Shown in pieces: positions 23,668-30,300 of a DNA stretch of 30,300 nucleotides (its first letter is position 1; each line of letters opens with the position of its first letter). Under the pieces are notes generated by a model. That model was not told the DNA's origin. It saw only the letters and a list, made by a program, of their open reading frames with translations, and made no database searches. Source of the stretch: a virus (taxonomy: Duplodnaviria > Caudoviricetes); IMG/VR virus record IMGVR_UViG_3300015259_000009, positions 1 to 30,300 of that record. One strand, written 5' to 3'. Both the position numbers and the translations under genes were made by a program.

Positions 23668-23880
23668 TCAATAATCCGGGAACGCCTTTTTCAAACCGTG
23701 AGACGCTTTCTTTTCCATCCGCTTGCGTTTCACTTTTCGGTCATATTCCTTGCCGTTAAGCTCGGGCTCCCCAGACTTACGCTGCGAATTGTAAACCTTC
23801 GCAGCTTTAGTCTGAGCCGCATCCTCACTAAGACCGGCTTTCTTGAATTTGCCCTTCATTGCCAGATACTTTGCAGGCAT
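23668..23880 (-). CDS. Small basic protein (70 aa) downstream of portal
   Basis: ATG 23880 lies 1 nt after the portal stop; MPAKYLAMK...AQTKAAKVYNSQRK, Lys-rich. Confidence 0.7.
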   Translation of the reverse strand: MPAKYLAMKGKFKKAGLSEDAAQTKAAKVYNSQRKSGEPELNGKEYDRKVKRKRMEKKASHGLKKAFPDY

Positions 23881-23881
23881 T

Positions 23882-25735
23882 TTAATACCCCTGACGCACG
23901 GGCAAGTCAGCCTGCCCCGGGGCGGCTCCCTGCTGTGCAAACGACCGCTGCTCCTGTTCCGGGGTCTGCATAGCCCCCACGCCCGGCGGCTGGCCGTTCT
24001 GGGCCATCTCTGGCCCAAGACCGCCCGGGGCTGCCTGCCCCTTGGATTCGCCCATCTGCGGGCCGCGAGCCGCAAGTTGCATCATCTGAGCCTGAAACTC
24101 CGGATCGAAGAATACTTCGTCCATCCACGTAATCCCCGACTCTTTAGCCATACGAGTGATAAAGCGGGGGAACGAGAATGCCACGCCCATCATCGCACAC
24201 GTCTGAGCCGCTGTCGCCGCAGCCGGAAGAATCTTAACTGCAAATTCAACCGCCTGAGTCATCCGCTTCACCCGATCGGTGCGACCCATCGATTCAGGCG
24301 TAATCGTGAAAGCGAAGTCGAGGAAATCACCGCATCGAGCCTCGGGCGTCAAGAAAACTTGAAGCTCCTTCTCCTGCGGGGGCTGAATCATCATGCCGCC
24401 AGAATACTGAGCAGGAATATGCACTCTGCGGATCATCGGAACTTCAAGCAATGGATCAGTGTGCAGATACCATGCACGCTTGCGAGCCTCTTCGGATGCA
24501 CCGCAATAAACCAGATCCTTCATATCGTCCTGAGTAATCTGGGCATTGCCCTGAAGAATATTTGCCTCGGATGCAGTCTTGGCGTTCATGGAGATCCCGG
24601 CCATACCCTCGGGATTACCGGCCATCATATTGAACCACATCTGAAGTTGCTGGATATGAGCCTCATTGGACGGCTGCTGCCCACCAAATGAGAAGGTCTT
24701 GACCCCATCCGGATCCTGCATGGCAATTGCCTCGCCATCGCCAGCTTCCAAGGCATCTTGGGCATCGTCAGCGGCAGACGGCTTGTAACCAACAATATCC
24801 TTCTGTCGATCGGCCTGCTCCATGACTTTCTTCACCATCTTATTTGCGGCAAGGTGAAGATCATGCCAGATACCGACCATCGAGATCGGGAGCGGATTAT
24901 TCGGCACCGGGGGCGTCAGTCGCAGATACGTGTACGGCCCGCTGTCATCACCGTACGCATCATGGGTCCGGAGGAATTTATCCGTCCTGAATCCACCCCC
25001 GGCCGGGATCGTGACGATCGCCTTAGCCCGGGGAACCCACAATTCCCACACCGCGACCTTATCCTCAAGATCGCCGGTCTCAGAGTAATTGATGTTTTTG
25101 GCGGACAGCCTTTCAGCCCGATCGTAGTCGGCGGGCTCTCCGTTAGAACGCGGCATACGCTCAACTATATCGTTGGCGTATTTGCCTGAGTCCAGCAAGA
25201 GGCTCCGTGAAATCTCGATCCGATCGCCGATGAAGAGAGCGTCGTCAATCTGCTTGGCGTTGGGGTCGAACACGAAATTGTCGAAGTCCACGTTGTCCGT
25301 ATAAACGGTACCGGGATCGATCCGATCATCAGGATTAAATCCGATCACCGAACCTGAATCGCAAAGCCCTGTCTTCAGAATTCCGATTTGGAAGATAGCA
25401 TCCACAATCCAGCGACGGTAGATATCCCGCATCTTCAGCTTTCGATCCTGCTGAGAGAGGGCCATCCCAATCATGTCGCCATAATTGCGATACGCCAAGA
25501 ATTGTGATCCGACCACATGCTCAGGATAGTTAAAGACGAGGCTGGGGACCAGCACACGAATCGCGTTGAAAATCAGATTCAACGGTTCGCTACCAATATT
25601 GCCGTGGGCGGCGTCGTAGTATTGCCCCACGAATTGCCGGAGAAACATCAGGCGAGAAGCACGGAACATCTGAAGCCGCTTCACGCCGTTCTCAACGGCC
25701 TCGTTCAGCTTTTGGGGTGAGATTTCGGTCGGCAT
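23882..25735 (-). CDS. Portal protein (P22-like)
   Basis: 617 aa directly after TerL; NLIFNAIRVLVPSL, GIGILKTG-like turn (QIGILKTG), FVFDPNA, TASEANILQ and Q/G/P-rich C-terminal tail. Confidence 0.88.
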   Translation of the reverse strand: MPTEISPQKLNEAVENGVKRLQMFRASRLMFLRQFVGQYYDAAHGNIGSEPLNLIFNAIRVLVPSLVFNYPEHVVGSQFLAYRNYGDMIGMALSQQDRKLKMRDIYRRWIVDAIFQIGILKTGLCDSGSVIGFNPDDRIDPGTVYTDNVDFDNFVFDPNAKQIDDALFIGDRIEISRSLLLDSGKYANDIVERMPRSNGEPADYDRAERLSAKNINYSETGDLEDKVAVWELWVPRAKAIVTIPAGGGFRTDKFLRTHDAYGDDSGPYTYLRLTPPVPNNPLPISMVGIWHDLHLAANKMVKKVMEQADRQKDIVGYKPSAADDAQDALEAGDGEAIAMQDPDGVKTFSFGGQQPSNEAHIQQLQMWFNMMAGNPEGMAGISMNAKTASEANILQGNAQITQDDMKDLVYCGASEEARKRAWYLHTDPLLEVPMIRRVHIPAQYSGGMMIQPPQEKELQVFLTPEARCGDFLDFAFTITPESMGRTDRVKRMTQAVEFAVKILPAAATAAQTCAMMGVAFSFPRFITRMAKESGITWMDEVFFDPEFQAQMMQLAARGPQMGESKGQAAPGGLGPEMAQNGQPPGVGAMQTPEQEQRSFAQQGAAPGQADLPVRQGY

Positions 25736-25744
25736 GGCTAATCC

Positions 25745-27628
25745 TTAACGGAAATCGAAGGTCTTTCCAGCAGCAACGGCTTTCTTGGCTTTCATCCACG
25801 CAGCCTTACGACCACCGATGGATTTGTGAGGGGCCTTGGGGCCTTGCGATTTGGCCTTGGGCACATCTCCGCAACCCCATAGAGCTAGGGCGTCCCCAAT
25901 CACGCGGTCCCCGTGAACCTTGCGGGCGGCTGCGGTCTCCGCGACTAACGCCGCAGGGCCGAGCCCGCCGTCCGGCAGGCGGACGTAAAGCAACGCCTCA
26001 TCCAGAGCTTCAAATGAAGGATTGATAAATCCGCCGTGAGCCAAAGCACGACGATAGTGCCCAAACACGACTTCTTTCTTATCCGTATTAGAATTCCAGC
26101 CGTATCGCTTTGAGGCTTTCTCATTGATGGTTCCCACGGCCTTATCGATGAAGTAGTACGGATATTGGAATTTCTTGACTACCTCGCGGCCGAAATCCCA
26201 GCCGGGACCGTTAGCCTCCCAAATCATCAACGGTCTGCCGCCGTTGGACGCTCCACCCACCCACATAGCAATAGCACAGGCGATGCGAGCGAAATCGTAG
26301 GGAGGCGTGTTGGCATCAGCCCATTCACCGACCTTTTCCCCGGTCTCTTTGCAGAAGACGGTAAGCGTTGAATTAGATGCTCCCTGACCTTTGGACACGT
26401 CGATCCCGAGAACATAATTCTTCGTCTGATCGAGACGGCCGCTGATAAGATGGACCCACAATCGGAGAGGGCCGGTTGGGCTGATCTGGAGAAATTCACG
26501 CTGTTTGCGGAGAAGAATGGCAGGGATCGCATCGAGAGACACCTTTTTTCGGAAGTCGATTGCTCGACTGCACATTTCCTTGCGGCCGAACATCCGCTTG
26601 TGTTCCTCAATGATGTGACCCTCAAAGAATACTTCGCCAGATCCGATATGATCCATGTCGATTTCTTGGGCCATCTCTTGAGGAGACCGCCTCGCCGACT
26701 CCTCGATATACCACGGTGATTTGATTCGGTATTTGCCGGTACTCGTATCCTGCTCAACAAACCGACCGCGACCCTTCTCAGGATGCTCGTACCACGGCAG
26801 GACAAAAACCTTGATCTGACCGGACATACGCCATTTGGAATAGGTTGTGCCCGGCCCCCACGGAGTCGAATTGACGAGACGGCACGCTGACACGTCGCGG
26901 GTAGCTGCTTTAATCTTCTCCGCGTTCTCCATCTTGGCAAACTCATCCATCAGGAGAGCGTGCCGCCGGTCGCCTGAGCCTGCCGCCTTATTGCTGGATT
27001 CGCCGTCGATGCGGGAACCATTATCCTTATTGATAATGTGCATCCGCGTCCGCTCGATCCGAGGCAGCATCCACTCAGGCAACCACCGATTTATATAGTC
27101 ATGCTTGACGAACAAGCAACGGGGATTGTCCGCACCGTCCACGTCGGTCTCGACGCGGGACATTTCAAGGAAAAGTCTATCAGGGCGGAAAAGCCACTGA
27201 TGGTGGAGCGTGACGATGTGATTCCACGAAGCACCCATCTCACGGGTTTTATCCGTGAGAAGGTCGTAGCCCCCATCAATTGCCTTCTCGATCTCCAAGA
27301 TGTGTTTGTCTTGAATTTCCCATGTCACGAAGGGCAGATGTTGATTCTCAGCCTGCCGAGCCTTGCCTGCTTCATCGACTTCCTTCACGACGAAGGTAAA
27401 GGCAAAAGCGTTAATCCAAAAAAGAATGGATTGCTTGCAGGCGGTATACAGATCAATTTGAAGCTGCTCATCCTCTTCAGCCTCACGAAGCAGCTTCACT
27501 CGCCATTCTAGATTCTTGTCTGGATCCTTGGGCACATATAGTCCGGTGGTTGGACAACGCCATAACTCCGGCACCGAAGGGAACGGTGCCGGAAGCTCCG
27601 GCTTCACCATGTATGTGCCAGCGGCCAA
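25745..27628 (-). CDS. terL: Terminase large subunit
   Basis: Walker A DKTREMGASW, Walker B LLMDEFA, coupling motif NSTP, nuclease LGIDVSKG...WEANGPG...HGDRVIGDAL. Start is either TTG 27628 (after AGGAG) or ATG 27610. Confidence 0.95.
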   Translation of the reverse strand: MAAGTYMVKPELPAPFPSVPELWRCPTTGLYVPKDPDKNLEWRVKLLREAEEDEQLQIDLYTACKQSILFWINAFAFTFVVKEVDEAGKARQAENQHLPFVTWEIQDKHILEIEKAIDGGYDLLTDKTREMGASWNHIVTLHHQWLFRPDRLFLEMSRVETDVDGADNPRCLFVKHDYINRWLPEWMLPRIERTRMHIINKDNGSRIDGESSNKAAGSGDRRHALLMDEFAKMENAEKIKAATRDVSACRLVNSTPWGPGTTYSKWRMSGQIKVFVLPWYEHPEKGRGRFVEQDTSTGKYRIKSPWYIEESARRSPQEMAQEIDMDHIGSGEVFFEGHIIEEHKRMFGRKEMCSRAIDFRKKVSLDAIPAILLRKQREFLQISPTGPLRLWVHLISGRLDQTKNYVLGIDVSKGQGASNSTLTVFCKETGEKVGEWADANTPPYDFARIACAIAMWVGGASNGGRPLMIWEANGPGWDFGREVVKKFQYPYYFIDKAVGTINEKASKRYGWNSNTDKKEVVFGHYRRALAHGGFINPSFEALDEALLYVRLPDGGLGPAALVAETAAARKVHGDRVIGDALALWGCGDVPKAKSQGPKAPHKSIGGRKAAWMKAKKAVAAGKTFDFR

Positions 27629-27629
27629 A

Positions 27630-28022
27630 TTACTCCTGTTTCTTTTTCGGCAGTTTTGGTGGAAGAGTCTTTTTCGTAGCTCCTGCACCAGCCATTGCGT
27701 TTATACGGTTGCGGTTGAGATCCGACACTTTCTCGGCCGCACTGATCTTCCCACCCTCTTCGCCTGCGGAGGGGGCGACTTTGCCTTCCAGACGCTCATA
27801 GATCAACTGAATCGCCCATGATTCAGGAGTATGGATAATCTGTTTGACCTTGCCATCATCGCCCCGGCGATCTTCGACATATCCAAGGGCCTTCATCCAC
27901 AGGAGTTTAGCCAGAGCTTCGGCCTTAGTGACCGTATCGCCCTCATCGGAGAGCGTCTGAGCCTCAGCGGCAATCTGCCGGAGGAATTTGGTAAGCTCTT
28001 TTCCTGTGAAACGAGGAATCAC
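27630..28022 (-). CDS. terS: Terminase small subunit
   Basis: 130-aa helical protein immediately upstream of TerL; TKAEALAKLLWMKALG...AIQLIYERLEGK motif. Confidence 0.75.
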   Translation of the reverse strand: MIPRFTGKELTKFLRQIAAEAQTLSDEGDTVTKAEALAKLLWMKALGYVEDRRGDDGKVKQIIHTPESWAIQLIYERLEGKVAPSAGEEGGKISAAEKVSDLNRNRINAMAGAGATKKTLPPKLPKKKQE

Positions 28023-28025
28023 AAA

Positions 28026-28415
28026 TTAACCCTTGATGATGTAGCCATTACCAGAAATAGCGATCTCGCCCACGGCCGCAGCTTTAATCTTCGGAATCCG
28101 GCCTTTACCGCACGCCTGCCCCTCGCCGTTCCAAGCACCGCTAATTGGAACAGGGAATCCAGACCGATTGCCAAATTCGGCCAGCCTCTCTCCCGGATCC
28201 ACGACACTATCCCCATCCTTATCATCAAACAGAGATACGATAGTGGTGCCCGCCTCAAGGGAGGCGGTATATGACAGAAGAAACAGACGCTCCTCGGGAT
28301 CAAGCGGACGAGCAACGCTGTTGGCATCCCATAGAGTGATGGGAGCAGCCGTGGTGGCATCGCTGCTCGTAAACTCCCACTTAACAGGCTCACCACGATC
28401 GGCAAAACAAGACAT
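28026..28415 (-). CDS. Putative virion protein, paralogue 2 (DxDxD loop)
   Basis: GGTGGAG SD before ATG 28415, which aligns with the start of the upstream paralogue; ATG 28487 is an alternative start. Confidence 0.8.
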   Translation of the reverse strand: MSCFADRGEPVKWEFTSSDATTAAPITLWDANSVARPLDPEERLFLLSYTASLEAGTTIVSLFDDKDGDSVVDPGERLAEFGNRSGFPVPISGAWNGEGQACGKGRIPKIKAAAVGEIAISGNGYIIKG

Positions 28416-28490
28416 ATTTATTCTCCACCAGCCGGACAGAATTTTGAGAGCCCAGAAAAGGTCTTTTTCAGTGAATTGAACGCCCATGTA

Positions 28491-28871
28491 TCACCCTTTG
28501 ATAATGTAGCCGTTTCCAGTGATATCCACGGTACCAGCCACACCGGCCTTCACCTTTGGCATACGACCCTTACCGGCAGACTGACCTTCGCCCTCATAGC
28601 TAATAGAGAATGCGAGGGCGGCAGCAACAGATTTGTAGAACAGCTTTTCGCCAGCATCCACATTCCCATCCTCATCCAAATCATCGAACAGGGCCAGCGT
28701 GGTAACGGCAGCAGCAGCATGAATTGAGAGAGACAGAATAATCAGCCTCTCCTCCTCAGCAAGCGGACGAGCAATGCTGTTGCCGTCCCAGAGAGTGATC
28801 TCTGCGGCGATGGTCACATCGGCACTGGAAAATTCGAGACGAACAGGCTCACCACGATCTTCAAAACCCAT
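28491..28871 (-). CDS. Putative virion protein, paralogue 1 (DxDxDG loop)
   Basis: AAGGAG SD; about half identical to 28026-28415 (DRGEPV...ITLWD.NS.ARPL...GNGYIIKG). Confidence 0.85.
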   Translation of the reverse strand: MGFEDRGEPVRLEFSSADVTIAAEITLWDGNSIARPLAEEERLIILSLSIHAAAAVTTLALFDDLDEDGNVDAGEKLFYKSVAAALAFSISYEGEGQSAGKGRMPKVKAGVAGTVDITGNGYIIKG

Positions 28872-28883
28872 CGAAAAACTCCT

Positions 28884-29690
28884 TTAAGTGGGGGTATGCT
28901 TACGGATAGAGAATTGGTGGAGCCTTAGCGTCTGCGTTGCTGCGGCATTGGCTGATCGCACAGATAAGGCCACTGTCGTAGTGCCAGTAACGTCGCTAGC
29001 AGTCGTTCCCCACCCCATGCCACGTAGGCACGTAGCGGTCATCACGGTATCCCCGCCCGAAGCGAGACCCGCTGCGAGTTGCCCCATCACATCTATGGTC
29101 ATATACGCCAAACTGACCGATCGAACATCCAACACAGCCCGGAAACGAAAAACATGGACCAATGTGGCCGAAGCTGCCAAAGCTCCGGTACTGATCTCAA
29201 TGTCGAATCGAGCATCAAAATCCAAAGTTATGACGTATACCCTAGTGGCACCGCTATTGTTGAGGATCGTGAAAGAACCTTCCACAATTATCTGATTGCC
29301 TGCAACTATTCCCGTCACATCTTTTGTAGCGATCACGGTATCCGCCACGACGTTTACGGCTTTATCCGCTGTCGTTGGGACATACACTAACTCAGGATCG
29401 ACCCATTCCGGTGCATTGGCCCCGGCATTCACCCGAAGAATTTGCTTCGCCGTACCGACAGGGAGTCGAACATTATCAGTCCCACTTCTGTAAAGCAAAT
29501 CCCCGGCAGCCGTCAGCGGTGAGAGTGCATTAAAGGCCCCGAGTGCCGTACCCTGCCCGGTTCCACCATCGCTGATTGCTACGTCAGTTCCTCCTGCCCG
29601 ATACAGGGTGGAAGTATCCGCAATTCCATGCACACTGGTCGTAACGGCTGCATGGGCGGATAAATCCTCTTCAATGGCATGAATCGGCAT
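28884..29690 (-). CDS. Fibre-like virion protein
   Basis: HAAVTTSVHGIADT, VAISDGGTG and GDLLY...RLPVGTAKQILRV...PEW are fibre motifs, followed by a beta-sandwich tip. GGAG SD supports ATG 29690. Confidence 0.75.
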   Translation of the reverse strand: MPIHAIEEDLSAHAAVTTSVHGIADTSTLYRAGGTDVAISDGGTGQGTALGAFNALSPLTAAGDLLYRSGTDNVRLPVGTAKQILRVNAGANAPEWVDPELVYVPTTADKAVNVVADTVIATKDVTGIVAGNQIIVEGSFTILNNSGATRVYVITLDFDARFDIEISTGALAASATLVHVFRFRAVLDVRSVSLAYMTIDVMGQLAAGLASGGDTVMTATCLRGMGWGTTASDVTGTTTVALSVRSANAAATQTLRLHQFSIRKHTPT

Positions 29691-29691
29691 T

Positions 29692-30300
29692 TTATTCGCT
29701 CCGAGGAAATTCAAGGGCGGGGCTATCAGGTGTCACATCAGCAAGCATCTCTGCCAGTCGGTCAGACGAGGCGGTAATCAGGAAGGTCACATTCATCGCC
29801 ATCCCCGCAGGCGGCGACCGCGACACCACGCCAATTACATAGCCGTCTTCTCCGACGAGCGGACCCCCAGACATGCCGAAGTGTACGCCACCGTCGTATA
29901 GGGCTGCACCGTCGCCATCGGTGATGATGCTGGAAATGTGCCCGCTTGTCTGGGCAAAATCGAGGAGCCCGGTGCCCAACGACACAAAACCGTTGGCCCA
30001 TGCAGGCTCGGCGAACCGCGGACTACGGATAAAAAATGAGTACCCTAAATCCCGCTCGACACGCAGAATTGCAAGATCCGCAGCCTCATCCAAGGCGACG
30101 ATCTCGGCGGGCACCCCGTCCACAAGAGCATATTGCTCATCACAGACAACGTGGTAGGCAGTAGCAACGAGTCGGTGGCCGACATAGAACCCCGAGCCGT
30201 GCCCATTTGCCAGCACGACTGGAACGATCCGTTCGTCGGCATTTTGCACGACGACAGGAATCAGGAGTCGCGGCGGGTCTTTAACGCTTTGGCTGACGAC
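29692..30300 (-). CDS. Trypsin-like (S1/Trypsin_2) serine protease; 5' end beyond window
   Basis: GSGF...TAYHVV (His), DLAIL (Asp), GMSGGPL (Ser); frame open to base 30300. Confidence 0.9.
   Translation of the reverse strand, partial: VVSQSVKDPPRLLIPVVVQNADERIVPVVLANGHGSGFYVGHRLVATAYHVVCDEQYALVDGVPAEIVALDEAADLAILRVERDLGYSFFIRSPRFAEPAWANGFVSLGTGLLDFAQTSGHISSIITDGDGAALYDGGVHFGMSGGPLVGEDGYVIGVVSRSPPAGMAMNVTFLITASSDRLAEMLADVTPDSPALEFPRSE

Larger units (their letters stand above)
1..30300. mobile_element. Tailed bacteriophage genome segment (podovirus-like), replication arm (+) converging on morphogenesis arm (-)
   Basis: Contiguous TerS-TerL-portal-scaffold-MCP-adaptor-nozzle-fibre-ejection gene order, with no tape measure, tube or sheath gene. 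Primase-helicase arm on the opposite strand, very high coding density, no cellular housekeeping genes. Confidence 0.96.

Noticed and set aside
23843-24691. 282-aa + strand ORF antisense to portal, and the many other short alternative-frame ORFs
   Set aside because: They fully overlap well-supported genes and have Arg/Pro/Ser-rich off-frame composition.
1-30300. tRNA, CRISPR array, integrase/att site, endolysin, diversity-generating retroelement
   Set aside because: Intergenic gaps are all under ~100 nt with no cloverleaf or repeat-spacer pattern seen. No recombinase, lysin or reverse transcriptase motifs recognised; these may lie outside the window.

Overview
The whole window is part of a tailed dsDNA bacteriophage genome of podovirus type (P22/T7-like morphogenesis logic). 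I see no host genes, integrase, tRNA or CRISPR array. It has two convergent arms that meet and overlap at about 7.0 kb. The + arm (1-7070) carries a probable ssDNA-binding protein, a DnaG/TOPRIM primase fused to an SF3 (P4/D5) helicase, a nucleotide-handling cluster (MazG-like pyrophosphohydrolase, dATP/dGTP diphosphohydrolase-DUF4406 fusion, calcineurin-like phosphoesterase), small membrane proteins and HTH proteins. The - arm (30300-6996) is the virion operon. In transcription order it holds a trypsin-like protease, a fibre-like protein, two tandem paralogues, TerS, TerL, portal, two small proteins, scaffold, major capsid protein, a putative decoration protein, tail adaptor, a virion protein carrying an inserted DUF3494 ice-binding domain, a nozzle with a ~490-aa insert, a tail fibre, three ejection proteins and a holin-like protein. 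Main observations: (1) an intact IBP-1/DUF3494 ice-binding domain spliced into a virion structural gene; (2) a primase whose zinc-binding domain sits inside the catalytic domain; (3) an ejected polyvalent protein with an apparent in-frame deletion of a domain core; (4) in-frame tandem paralogues separated by a single TGA; (5) unannotated overlapping membrane microproteins. A Planctomycetota host is a tentative inference. All family assignments come from motif recognition by eye, not from database searches.
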